This document shows, in pieces, positions 50,660-63,613 of a stretch of 64,000 bases of DNA (its first letter is position 1; the number at the start of each line of letters is the position of its first letter). The DNA lies in assembly GCA_951406725.2 (NCBI GenBank), contig OX597832.1, positions 6,696,001-6,760,000 on the forward strand, written 5' to 3'. The DNA comes from Octopus vulgaris (Eukaryota). The translations under genes were made by a program, and so were the position numbers. The notes below the pieces were generated by a model, which ran no database searches, was not told the DNA's origin, and was given only the letters and a program-made list of their open reading frames with translations.

Positions 50660-51019
50660 TATATATATAAACGGCAAAATGTCTGCGTGTGTATCCTTTA
50701 TACAAATCCACAATTTTTCAGTTAGAGGGCTTGCACTTTCTATGGTCATTCAAAACCATCCAAGGGTGGTCGTGCACATCTTTATATTTCCCCAGTCACC
50801 CCGCAAAACCATTAAAAAATCAATAGAAGTGACTTTTTTGTGAATTTTCTATCCAAAACCCAATCAAAATGCCTGAAACATGATACGCCAATTGAATGCC
50901 AGCTAGCTGTATGTGATTGGTTGGAGATTTGGACAGTACTTGTGTGTATGTGCGCACGCACGCAGCTGTATATACATGCACTAGCACTATGACCCGTCAA
51001 CGCTGGGTCATAGTGCTAG
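50660..51019 (+). mobile_element. Second non-autonomous Helitron in tandem
   Basis: tatatatataaacggc start; 3' cccgtcaacgctggg hairpin and CTAG|T. Confidence 0.8.
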
Positions 51020-51045
51020 TATATATATATATATATATATATATA

Positions 51046-51663
51046 GGATCTTTACCTTTTGACCTACAGATTTAAAAAATAATTTTTTGTAACTAAACAC
51101 TTTCAAACTTCGGACACTGGTAGAATGTGTCATATAAAACATCTTTTACTCTTAGCATTTTTGAGAAAAACTTACGTTTACGAAGTTATTTCATGTTAAA
51201 GTTTTTGTATTTCGGTAATTTCAACCAATCAATGACGTGTATTCAGCTGAATAAAATTACTGCCGTTGATCGTGAACAACAACTATCGGTGGTGTATTTT
51301 TCGTTTGTCACTGTTATTTATGACCTCGTTCGTGCCTTTGTACTGGATTTAAGGTTTTAGGGTTAGGGTTTTAGGATTAAGGATGTCATAAATAACAGTG
51401 ACAAATGAAATGTACACTGCTGGAAGTTCTTGTTGACAAACAACAGCAGTAATTTTATTCAGCTGAATACACGTCATTGATTGGTTGAAATTACTGAAAT
51501 ACGACTACTTTAACACGAAATAACTTTGTGAATATAAGTTTTGCTCAAAAATGCTAAGAGTAAAAGATGTTTTATTTGACACATTCTACCAATGTCCAAA
51601 GTTTGAAAGTGTTTAGTTACAAAAAATTATTTTTTAAATCTGTAGGTCAAAAGGTAAACATCC
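51046..51663. mobile_element. Foldback MITE, ~279-bp arms around a 60-bp spacer containing TTAGGG-like repeats
   Basis: 51046-51324 is the reverse complement of 51385-51663; TA flanks. Confidence 0.92.
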
Positions 51664-53091
51664 TATATATATGTAGATGTATGTGTGTGTGTGTATGAAT
51701 ATATATATGTATATGCACATGTATGTAAGCATATGAATATGAAAGTAAACAGATCAGCATACAGATGGATAGTTACAAACAAGCACACATATGCAAATGA
51801 AAACTGAAACACATGACCATATATACACACACACTTTACTTCACACATCCACACATATGGTGATGCACATCCATACATACAAACACGGTACATAGTTGCA
51901 AAACACACACATACTCAGACATGCACACACAAGGAGACAGGTACACACCCACATATATACAAACACACATGCACATGAATATGCAGAATACATACAAATG
52001 TATGCACGTAAATATGCACACACATACATACATACATACATATGCACACATGCATACATACATGCATGCCTATATAGGCACATACATACGCACACACACA
52101 CATTCAGGCACACAAACAAACAAAAAGAAACGCAGTGTGAGTAATGGACAGAGTCAAAACTATTGAAAAGGTTGTAAGATGCAACGAAAATTTTAGGAAA
52201 ATAAAAAAGAAATAAGGGGAAATTTTACCAGTGTGTGTGTTAAATTATAAGGCACCAAAAGAGAATGACTCACCCCAGACACAACAGAATATATATATAT
52301 AGCATGGCAGAGGGATGTTAAACAACAACAATGATGATGATGATATACAAGTGCTGCAATAGCTTGTAGTATGAGGGAACTGTAATGTGAAGAACAAAAT
52401 ACGTTTTGCCTACCTCTCATTGTCAGCTGTCCAGCTGGGTTTAATCCGAGATGCACTCTACCCATCTGACCTACCACTAGAACCTACTGTTAATACCCTT
52501 TCTAACTCGCACATCTACTCATGTTCATCCACTATAACTGCCTGATACAAAAGAGGCCCATGCTGGTCCTACTTCCCTTGTTTCCCTCTTCCTTTTCCGG
52601 TAGGGCCTCTCAGCCATTGGCATTGCTCCCCTTTCCTTCTAGTTCACCTCATCCTCGCAGCAACAGCAGGATTTAATGAGTTAAACATCAGCTGGATCTA
52701 TTGACTCAAGTGGTCAGTTCTTTGCTGAGGTCATCAGTTCTTGACAGCATTCTGCTTCTGTTATGGTTTTTTTTTTCTTAACTATGAATACAGTGATTTG
52801 GGTTTGATTCCTAAAAAGTGAGTTAGTGTTTGGTATGTTGCTAGATATTCCAGCTGCAAGTTACTTCACAAATGTTTCATTATTCTTGATTATTCTGAGA
52901 ATTAAATCACAAAGGCTGAATATATTCTTATTAAGAATATAGTCACAGAAAGGTTTAAAATATTGCACTTTATTGTTTGGACCAGTGTTTCAATAGTTAG
53001 CAAATTCATTCAATACACTTGAAATATTTTGAAATCATTCAATTTTTTTCTTAAGTACTTATAATCACTATCCTATTGTTTTATTTTATAG

Positions 53092-53156
53092 GAATTGTTA
53101 CAGCTGTATATATGTCATGTACAGAACAGTCAATATACTTCAATACAAAGTTACCT
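53092..53156 (+). CDS. Gene 2 exon 3
   Basis: tttatag|G ... T|gtaagt. NCYSCIYVMYRTVNILQYKVT; phase 2 to 1. Confidence 0.88.
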
Positions 53157-53883
53157 GTAAGTTGCTAAAAATCTCTTTTAAACTTTTATGGTACAAAATG
53201 TATTAACATTCTGGCCAGCATCATAATTTGGATAAATTAAGGGGTGATGTAGTGAATGCTATATGCAAAAAGTCTTGATTAAAATTTCCCTCTTGGTTGG
53301 AGAAAGTCCTCCAAACTGCGACTTACTATTTTAAAAAAGTACACATTGGTTAATGTAATCCATTATTCCCGAAAGAAACATGACATGATCATGGCTTAGA
53401 TGCATTTGATCAGAGGCTGACTCAGTCAAGCTGGTGTGGTACTAAACAATTATGAGTAAAAATACATTCAATATTTACATAAATACAAAATGCTATTTAC
53501 AGTGCAGACCATGTTAAAGTCAGCTATTTTGCCTGGACAACATTGCTTTCCAGATCTCATGTTAGAATAGAAATTTATATCTAACAGCCAACTTTGTGAA
53601 AATCCATCTGTTCACTCAAGGGATTCTGTCTTCCCCCAAAAAGAGTGTATGTCAAGTATCCATACTGGATAATATCAACAAGAATTATATAAAGCTTATC
53701 ACAAACTTTCTAAGAGTGGCAGCACCTTACACCACTAGGTCAAGGAACAGGAAAATTCCACATCTTTATCTCCTCTGAAACTCGGATAGAACATTGTCAA
53801 TAGAACCATCCCTTATATCATCAGATCACAAAATTATGGGTTGTACCCAACAGAAAAATTCCAACTATCAAAGCAATCTGCAG

Positions 53884-54015
53884 TCGGCAAAAGAGACCGA
53901 TAGAATAAGTACTGGGCTTACAAAGAATAAGTCCTGGGGTTGATTTGCTCGACTAAAGGCGGTGCTCCAGCATGGCCGCAGTCAAATGACTGAAACGAGT
54001 AAAGAGTAAAGAGTA
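53884..54015 (+). mobile_element. SINE family B, 3' part
   Basis: Near-identical to the 3' end of the 25037 copy. Confidence 0.85.
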
Positions 54016-54492
54016 TATCTGGACAGAATATACAAAATATCAAATTGTCATCATTGGAGGAAAATTTCCAAGCATCTGCACATTCCAAGCAAAATGAAAC
54101 AAAATTGTAAGCTGCAAATCTTAATAGCTTTGCATTCCTTCCTTCACACCACTGTAACTTTCCTCTGGTCTGCTATATATTTAAATCATATGATCTGCTT
54201 TGACCAATCAGAATCAACATTACTATATCACTGAGTAAGAATTTGGTAAATAATCTAGTATTAACTTACACACACACACATGTGCTGTATGTGTAAAGGT
54301 AAACTGATTGTTGAGGAAATTGCTGATAAGCAAGCCCATTAAGTAAAAATACCTTCTGGTATTTAATAAAGAAGCCAAGAAAGGAGCTGCTATATAGTTG
54401 CTTGATCTGCTAGAAATAGTACTAAATCTTCCCCAAGCTGCATTCCTACCATCATTGGACAATGTAATTTGGAGTCCACTATTCCTAAAAGA

Positions 54493-54818
54493 GTGAGGGT
54501 GCGTGGCTTAGTGGTTAGGGCATTCGGCTCATGATCGTAAGGTTGTGAGTTCGATTCCTGGCGACGTGTTGTGTCCTTGAGCAAGACACTTTATTTCACG
54601 TTGCTCCAGTCCACTCAGCTGGCAAAAATGAGTTGTACTTGTATTTCAAAGGGTCAGCCTTGTCACTCTCTGTGTCACACTGATTATCCCCGAGAACTAC
54701 GTTAAGGGTACACGTGTCTGTGGAATGCTCAGCCATTTGCACGTTAATTTCACAAGCAAGCTGTTCCGTTGATCGTATCAGCTGGGACCCTCGTCGTCGT
54801 AACCGGCGGAGTCTTTTA
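54493..54818 (+). mobile_element. tRNA-derived SINE family C
   Basis: A box tggcttagtgg, B box gttcgattcc. 12-bp TSD attcctaaaaga (54481-92, 54819-30). Confidence 0.9.
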
Positions 54819-55551
54819 ATTCCTAAAAGAAAAATGGAATGGTCATAATTTAGATTCATTTGATTGGAGTTCTACTCCACCAAACCAACATGGAGTTGAA
54901 TAACAGCATTCAAATATTCCCACCCAACCCAGTCACATTTTAGGAGCCTATTCCTCCTAATCTACTCAGACTAACAAAAAGGCACATACATTCATAAATA
55001 GTGTCATCATCAACCAATGGTGCTTGGATGCTCACTACAGAAGAGACATGTGGTGAGTTCACCTTAACAGCTTTTGTTGTGTCATGGCCTGCTGATAAAG
55101 GAAGAGAATGGACACAATGGAGAAAAAGTTTTATGCCCACACATCATCTATTCCTGTTAGAATACCAGCATGCTAGAGTACTGAATTAGTGAATCACAAT
55201 TACTCTGTTCTATAGCCCACTTATGCTTGACCAGTGGAGATGGGATGGGGGCACATAATAGCAACTACCAGGTAGTTGTGATTTGGATGTAAGTGAATAC
55301 AACATCTTGTTCTTGGGTTCATTTAACTGAATATAACTGTGTAGTTATGGTTTTGAGTATCAGAATACAACTGTTTGTTTATGATTTAGAATAATAATAT
55401 TGAAGTCTATTTCTGGTTTGGAATAGCTAAGTATTGAAGTTTAGTCTTGGTCAGCAATTGTTTAATACTGATTCAGAATGCTTTGATATGAAAATTTATT
55501 ACTGGTTTGGAGTAATTAACTGCTACAGTTTATCTTGTCTTTCTTTTTCAG

Positions 55552-55641
55552 CTTGCACTCCCTCAGTTATTAAGATTGGAGATAGTGCTTTCTGTGAAAT
55601 AAAAATGCCACAATTAGCATCACAGTTAACGACTATGTACT
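55552..55641 (+). CDS. Gene 2 exon 4
   Basis: tttcag|CT ... T|gtaagt. (S)CTPSVIKIGDSAFCEIKMPQLASQLTTMY; phase 1 to 1. Confidence 0.85.
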
Positions 55642-55809
55642 GTAAGTTTTATTCTTTTTTGTTGATACTTCTAAAAACACACTTTATGAGGATTATTGTT
55701 TAAAGCTGTATTTAAATTTTTAGTTTATCCTATTTCTTTTGAAATATTTTTACTATATGCTTTGGTTGAATCAAAAAACTTGTACGTGAAATTTAAGAAA
55801 ATATCAAAT

Positions 55810-56168
55810 ATCAAATAAGAGAACCATCCGAACGTGGCCATTGCCAGCGCCGCCCCGACTGGCCTCCGTGCCAGTGGCATGTAAAAATCATCATCCGATC
55901 ATGACCATTGCCAGCCTCACCTGGCCTCCGTGCCGGTGGCATGTAAAAAGCACCATCCGATCGTGGCTGTTTGCCAGCCTCGTCTGGCACGTAAAAAGCA
56001 CCCACTACACTCATGGAGGGGTTGGCGTTAGGAAGGGCATCCAGCCATAGAAACATTGCCAGATCAGACTGGGCCTGGTGCAGCCTCCTGGCTTCCCAGA
56101 CCCCAGTTGAACCGTCCAACCCATGCCAGCATGGAAAGCGGATTCTAAACGCTGATGATGATGATGAT
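55810..56168 (+). mobile_element. RTE-tail repeat (family D) with ~3 minisatellite units
   Basis: Same tail, (GAT)n end. Confidence 0.85.
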
Positions 56169-57088
56169 CAACTATCCTAAAAATTTCCAGTTTATTTTGT
56201 GAAATTTTCTGTTATATTTTCATTGTGGTCATAACCATTTTAATGTCCATTTGTCCATGTTGGCATAGATTTGATAGATCTGCTATACAGCTGATTGCCA
56301 CTGTGGCATTCACTATTCACAGATGTGAGCTCAATATTTCTTTTAAAGACTTTATTAGGTATTTTGTGTCACGAGTACCTGACATTCTCAGCACACAAAC
56401 ATCTATCATTCAATGGTGTTACATATTCATGCTAGCACTGTTGTGTCTCCTACATACAGCTACATTTGTGCTCCACATTTCATAATTTATTCCAGTTTGT
56501 CAGAACATATAGATAGAATGAAGTTTTCTAGAGAAGACCTTCTGCCATGCGTAACACCTTGGGAGACTTCCCTATCAATTGATGCATTATAGTCCCATAT
56601 TCTATTCTCTTCCAGTTTTTGAGTAGTGCCTCAGTGAACACAAGATTTTGAGAGGCCATGGTCACTGAGATATTGCTAAGCTACTTACAATGTAAGCAGA
56701 AACTCGTGAGATCTGGTTGTCACTTCCTACTACTACTAACAAAAGTACATCAAAAGATGTCGCACAGTATCCAGTACCATGATGTTGTTGATTGAAAATA
56801 TTGTGTTTACCGGAGGTTTGTACTGTCTGTCAAGTCACAACAAGGACCGCAGACAGACAATCTTTGGATTGTAGTCACTTATTGAGTTTCTGACACACAG
56901 CATATATTTATCTCTTTTTCAAATAAAATCTTGTGATATTATAAATGAATTTGTAGATCATGACATTATGCAGAATAACTAAAATTATTGAAATTTAGAT
57001 ACAATGAAATAAGAAAACTTTTCATTTCTTTGTGAGTGTCTTTTTATCATTTAAAATTTTAAACTTATTTTTAACTTATTTTTGACAG

Positions 57089-57298
57089 TATTAAAACCCA
57101 AAAAGGTTAGTTGCAAAACTACATTTGAAGGAATGTACCATTTCACTTATGAAAAAGAAGAAGGTGCTGGTGGTATTTGCAGTTCACCGAAGAATGTAAT
57201 TAAAGCTTGCCAAGAACCTGGTTCAGCCTATGTTGATAATCAGGTTTTTCTCATGAGCTATGGGAGATGTCAGGACAATATCTACACAGAAGATAAAC
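57089..57298 (+). CDS. Gene 2 exon 5
   Basis: tgacag|TA ... C|gtaaat. (L)LKPKKVSCKTTFEGMYHFTYEKEEGAGGICSSPKNVIKACQEPGSAYVDNQVFLMSYGRCQDNIYTEDK; phase 1 to 1. Confidence 0.9.
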
Positions 57299-58754
57299 GT
57301 AAATATCATTAATGATTTAGTTCAGCCCATATTAAGGAAGTTGAAAAATATAAAGTCAGTAAAATGCTACACTGGATGCTTTAGTGTAATCTTGTTATTT
57401 AGTTATTCAGTATCCTTAAGCCAAGTTTTACTGTATTTTTCATCCCTTCTGGTGAGATAAGAAAGGCATTATTTCGTTTTGGGATTTGGTTTGCAAGATT
57501 CTTTATATGAGTTCGTGTGTTGAATCATATTCTGTTGTGTCTGGGGAGAGTCATTTTCTTTTTGTGCCTTATAATTTAACACACCCACCAATAAAATTTC
57601 CACTTATTTCTTATTTTTATTTTCCTAAAATTTTCGTTGCATCTTGCAATCTTTTCAATAGTCTTGAGTCAAGAAATAAGTGGAAATTTTACCGGTGAGT
57701 GTGTTAAGTTATAAAGCAGAAAAAGAGAATGACTTTCCCCAGGCACAAAAGAAAGACATGAATTCAAGTAATATATTAAAGTCAGATTTAATCAACTTTT
57801 GTGTCTCCTACATGATTTATCTCCTGACCAATCTTCAAAGTAATGCATGTATACTTATGTATTACACAACTGGAAAACACAGGAAATAGATACAGGGTTA
57901 CAAAATTTAGGGCAATAACTCAATAAATTTAGTACATCGTTAATCACTATGTAGTACATTCACGATTAAATATCAATATATAGATATTTAATCTTGATCA
58001 ATTAAGAGCAATTAGCATATAAATATTTAAGATCTTTTTAGAGTATACAGCAAAATTGTCTTTAAATTTTCAAGCTTACATATCAAGAATTCAGTGTGCG
58101 CATATTTTGTTGCTGAGAAAGATGTTCTTATAAAATGTTTATATGCATAAACTATTGAAAATTAGAGAAGACATTGTGCTTATATAAAGAAATTGATAAT
58201 TTATTTTTCAAATTTTATTGTCAGTCTTTCATTGCATTAGGATTTGAAATTTGCATCTTCATCACCATTTTAACATCTACTTTTCTTGGGTCAGGCAAGA
58301 GTATGTTGGAGGAGTTGTTTTGACAATCAGATGCCCTTCCTGTTACCAACCTCCAGTTGTTCAAGTGAGGTAATAATCTCACAGTCTTTGAACAACCAAC
58401 AACCCAGCCATGTTTACAAGGAGAACAGGAAACAAATGACACCAATGGAATGAAAATTTTGCTCACAAAGATCCATACAACACATCAAGGCATGTCAAGA
58501 AGCCTTGGGCATGCTTTTGTGGTGGACTCCAAGCAAATAACACTGTTAGGGAATCTGTTTTTTACAATCAAAGAAAAGAAGCCATACATAGACAAGGAAA
58601 TATGAACACACACACGCACACACACACACACATACATATATATATACAAAAGGCTTCTTTCAATTTCTGTCTACCAAACCCACTCACAAGGCTTTGGTAG
58701 GTCCAGGGCTATGGCAGAAGACACTTTTGCAAGGTGTCACATAGAGGGTACATA

Positions 58755-59064
58755 AAGGCATGTGGTTTAGTGGTTAGGGTATTCGGCTCACAATCATAAG
58801 GTCGTGAGTTCAATTCCAGGTGATGCATTGTGTCCTTGAGCAATACACTTTATTTCACATTGCTCCAGTCCACAGAGCTTTCAAAAATGAGTAGTACCTG
58901 TATTTCAAAGGGCTGGCCTTGTCACACTGAATCTCCCTGAGAACTACATGCAATGTGCATGTGTCTGTGGAATGCTCAGCCACTTGCATGTTAATTTTCT
59001 GGAGCAGACTGTTCTGTTGATCAGATCAATTGGAACCCTTGATGTCGTAGCCGTTAGAGTGCCA
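58755..59064 (+). mobile_element. SINE family C
   Basis: Matches the 54493 copy; TSD gtacata; abuts a minus-strand SINE B relic (58650-58740). Confidence 0.85.
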
Positions 59065-59275
59065 GTACATATGTGTCTTATTAATTTCTTTAATAGACTT
59101 CATGTATTATTTTTACTTGTTAGAGAAAATGCGTATAGTAGTTTACTTTAACAGCAGTATATTATTGGTACTTATATTACCAGTCTGTTAGTGATAGAAG
59201 ACAAAGTCAAATCTGACAACACTTGAACTCAGAATTATTAAGTAACATTTATCCTAACTTCCTATTGCCCTCTTA

Positions 59276-59491
59276 ACAATCCTTTCTATTCTAGGCACAA
59301 GGCCTGAAATTTTGGGGGAGGGGGCAAGTTGATTACATTGACACCAGTGTTCAACTGTTACTTATTTTATTAACCCTGAAAGGATAAAAGGCAAAGACAA
59401 ACTTGGTGGAATTTGAACTCAGATCGTGAAGATGGATGAAAAGCCACTAAGCATTTTGTCTGAGTGCTAATAATTCTGCCAGCTGGCCATC
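59276..59491 (-). mobile_element. SINE family A
   Basis: Reverse complement of family A. Confidence 0.75.
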
Positions 59492-59580
59492 TTATTATTG
59501 CCCTCTTATCAACAATAGATAAACATAATCCCATTTACAATGCTCCTGAAATATTCTATTGTAATTTTTTTACCACTTAA

Positions 59581-59800
59581 CCCTTTCGCATTCAGATCAC
59601 TCTCTCAAATGTAATGCTTATTTATTGATATTGTTTTGAATTAATCTTGCATTATCTTGTAGCTTTGAGATTTTCATGATGTAGTTGCTTACTTATAGAA
59701 GTACATTGTAGGATAGGTATGAGAGGTTGGATCTTACTGGTTTGAACATAAAACAGATAGAATATTTAGGCCATTTATGGCCAGTTTGAATGCTAAAGGA
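59581..59800 (-). mobile_element. TTAA-flanked MITE
   Basis: ttaa|CCCTTT...AAAGGA|ttaa. Confidence 0.82.
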
Positions 59801-60370
59801 TTAAATAACACTTTTCTTAGCAAGAGAAAATTGAATATATCATCATCATCATAATTTAACATCCAGTTTTCCATTCTTGCATGGGTCAGACACAGAATTT
59901 GTTGTCCTTCCTGTCTCCAGTTTTCACCTGTTTCCTAGCAAGGTAATATTTTATCATGCTAGACATGGATTGTATGACAATTATTCTCATTTACAATCAT
60001 CACATGTTGTCAAGACAACAGTACACACAAACACACACACACATATACATATATGACAGGCCTCTTTCAGTTGCAATCTACCAAGTCCACTTGCAAGGCT
60101 TTGGCTGGCATGGGACTATGTTAGAAAACACTTTGCCAAGGTGCGATGCAGTGGGATTGAACTTAAGACTTTATGGTTGGGAAGCAAGCTTCTTAACTAT
60201 ACATCCATGCCTTTGCCTGATGAAAATTTTCTATAGGAGTATACTAAATAAAGTCATTCCAATTGATAATTGTAGCAAAGATGTGGATTTTTCTTCACAG
60301 GCTACCCAAAGAGTGATTCAGCTTCTTCAATATATAGGTTGTCTCAGTAATGGTTTTTCCATATATTTAA

Positions 60371-60584
60371 TCCTTTAGCATTCAAACCAGCCATATCCAG
60401 TCCAAATATTCTAGCTGCTTTATATTCAAACCAGCCAGATCTCAACTCTCACATCTATCCTACAATGTCATTCTAAAAATAAAGCAATCATTGAAATCTC
60501 AGAGCTATGAGATAATGCATGATCAATTCAAAACAATGTGAACAAATAAGCAATACGTTTGACAGTAATCTAGATGCTAATGAG
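60371..60584 (+). mobile_element. TTAA-flanked MITE
   Basis: ttaa|TCCTTTAG...CTAATGAG|ttaa; opposite orientation to the 59581 copy. Confidence 0.78.
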
Positions 60585-61451
60585 TTAAATGAGAGGGAAA
60601 TGAATATATCTCCTAATATAATAATGAGTATAGTGTTTATATATATATATATATATTTGTTCAAAATCAGAGTAGAAGTAGGAGAAAGAGTAGTGTAAAT
60701 GAAGGGAGAAGAAAGAAAATAGTAATTCAGTGAAGGAGAAGTAGTGAGAGTGAGAGAAAGTAATAGCAATGGAGAAAGGAAGAGGTGAAAAAATAAATCA
60801 GCGTTTCAACTCTGTGTGAGTGTATGTAAAGGGAGGTATGTGAATGTTTGTGTGTGTGCATGCATGCGTGCAATGGAAATGGGATGGTGAACGTTCAACA
60901 CTGAAAAGAAAATCAACAGTGTTTTAATGCTGTTTGAGTATGTGTGTGTGTGTGTGTACAAGGGAAGTATGTGAATGTTTGTATCTGTGGTTATTATGTA
61001 CTTTATGTTATACCTTATTTATATATAAAATACTACAATTAGCCCTCATTTTTGATGGCACAGGGGTCAGCTAGTTAAAAACTAAAATTGGCAGAGATGA
61101 GTTGGTAACTAAGAAATGTTGGGTGTAAATAAACTGCTGAGTGTTTTCCAGGCGAGTTAATAAAGGTCTGGTAGGGTAATTAATGAGTCAATTATGCTAT
61201 GAAAGTTACTTACATAACTCTGCTCACCTTAGTTGACATAATCACAAGTTATATTGCAAATTTAGGTTTAAATGATTAACAGCTAATTGTTCTATTGTAG
61301 AACTAATTTCTTCAACAAAAACCATCCTGCTTATTTTAGTATTTAATAAAAAAAAAAATGGTAAAATTAGATAAATTCTCGTGTTTTTTTTTTTTCCAAT
61401 TGCTTAATTTTTTCCCTTATTATACATAATAAAATTATTTATCTATTTCAG

Positions 61452-61558
61452 AGATTCGTTACCAGTGCATGGGAAGTTGGGTTAATGATGAAGGCTACTT
61501 ACTTGCTGGAATTTCTAATGTTGTTGCAAATGAGGAAAGAGAAAGATTCAAATGTCTG
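61452..61558 (+). CDS. Gene 2 exon 6
   Basis: tttcag|AG ... CTG|gtaaaa. (Q)IRYQCMGSWVNDEGYLLAGISNVVANEERERFKCL; phase 1 to 0. Confidence 0.9.
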
Positions 61559-63492
61559 GTAAAAACAAATATCTTTTCTTGAACTGAAGACACCCCCACC
61601 CCCCACAAAAAAAAAAAAGAAACACCACATACTTTTTCATTCTGTTTCAGACTTCATGTTCTTTGAACTATTTATTCAATCATTTCTTCTGATTCAATTT
61701 ACAAATGTCTAGAAAGTCAGAGGTATTGATAATAGCACTGGACTTGAGATATTCAGGAAACAAGGTGAGAAAGAGAGGGCAGGGGAGGGATCATTGATTT
61801 ACCATTATATAACAGTAGGCTTTTGCCTGCAGATTGTTCTCTTTGTAGAAGAGAGGATTTGAACTCAATGCTTCAAGCTAATAAAATACATATCATTTGA
61901 AATGTTGCTGATACCTAAAACACCACAATTCCTCCGTAAGTGACATTGTACAGTAAATAGGATAGAAGAGGAGTATCAGAGTCATGTAAGGACAACACAG
62001 ATCTAATGCCATCCCTAGATACCCTTGTAGCATGGTACAATGAAGAGGAGATATCTATTGCTATCCTTAGTGTCCCTGGCAGTATAATATAGTGAACAAA
62101 AGAGGATGAAAGAGAGATAAGAGGGTGGGTCAAAGAGATGAAGGAAGCAGCATGCGTAAATGTAATTGGAATATATCGGAGAGAGACCCAAATGTAGTTA
62201 TATACATCACTGTAAATTACCAGTTATCTTGTAACTAACTTACTCTGGAATCTGGTAGGGATATGGTTTCATGTTGATGAATTTCAAAGTGATGTAACTA
62301 CCCTATTTGTTTTAGGCAAACTGGCCTAGATTCTAGGTCCCTTGAATTCTGAAACTAAAAAAATATTTAAATGAAATTTTATTGCTGTACTGAAAAAGGT
62401 GCAAGCTCTCTTAGTATCTCGTTGGTAATTTCATGTTGGAAGCTTTGGCAAACCAAAAGCAGACATCTGAAAGTAACTACAGTAGTGTAAAGAAGTATAG
62501 GATTTATCAATCATTGTCTCAGAAAATAGGAACTCAAGTGGTGGAATGATTGGTTATGCTTTCATACCAATGGATAGAGAAATATTCAACTAATTACAAA
62601 CCTTTTGTAAGAATCCCCTTTGAATATTTACGTTGCCCATTGGGCAAAACATTACAGTCTTCCTATATGAACCAGCAACAGAGATGTGACTGCCTTCATT
62701 TGGCCATCAACTCCGATGGAGTTGTAGAGCTGATGCTGTTGTTACATATGGCATATTTTGAGCAGTTTAAACCTGACAAAACCCACCCATCTCTAGGTCT
62801 GAATGCAACCAATTTTCCCCAGAGATGAACTGTGTGAAAGCTGCTTTCCAAATGTCAATCACTTTACAGGGTGGACTGAACGCTTTTTACATGGTACCTA
62901 CTCTGGGAGGGTCACAAAGTAACTCACAAGACAAAGAACTTTTGAGAGGTGGAGTATTGTGCTGGATGATGAGAGGTTTGAGTGTGATAGAGGGACAGAA
63001 ACAGGTGTCTTTCTGTAGTGGAGATACATAGCTACCACAGTCAGAGGGAGGGTGTGAGAATGCAAGAGAGACAGCAAGGGTGACAGAGATGGTGGTGATG
63101 TGCAAGGGTGCTTACTCTCAAGGTACAGGGATGAGAATATGGAATGGGATGATAGAATGTTGCCAGGGGAGCATGAATAGGGAGTTCACATGAATGCAAA
63201 GGGCAAAGAGGAAAATGCAGTGACTGGTGAAACCTGGATATATAGAAGATGGAGGAGACAACAGGATAGCCAGTAATACTGTGGGCAGGGCTGTGAGGAT
63301 AGGATTGGGGCGGGAGAGATAAGCATGGAAAAGAGGAGATATAGTTTGGTTTATTGGGGTAGGGTGTGAAAAATTTTCTTGAGATAGTATTTAAATATCC
63401 ATGTTTTAACCTATGAAAATTTAAAGTTTTTGCATAATTATTTTAATCATTTTATTCCAAGTTTTATTATTATTTTTTAAATATAATTTTAG

Positions 63493-63613
63493 CTCACCAA
63501 TAAAGATCAGAATCCAAGAGAAAATAAAAGAAAATGGGTGAAATCTCGTTTCTCTGAATGTAGAACGTTAAAGAATATTTACAGTGGACATGAACGTTTG
63601 GAATTGGTACCTA
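63493..63613 (+). CDS. Gene 2 exon 7 (gene continues beyond the window)
   Basis: ttttag|CTC ... A|gtaagt. LTNKDQNPRENKRKWVKSRFSECRTLKNIYSGHERLELVP; phase 0 to 1. Confidence 0.88.

Noticed and set aside
54493-54565. tRNA-like sequence with A and B boxes
   Set aside because: Head of a SINE with TSD and multiple copies; no complete cloverleaf.
57199-57386. Possible exon 5 / intron pairing in gene 2
   Set aside because: Only about 27 scattered pairs, several low-complexity or G-U. Useful as a reminder of the chance background for the kinase duplexes.
61900-63300. Higher-GC intronic stretch that may be old LINE sequence
   Set aside because: Too degraded to assign a family or boundaries by eye.
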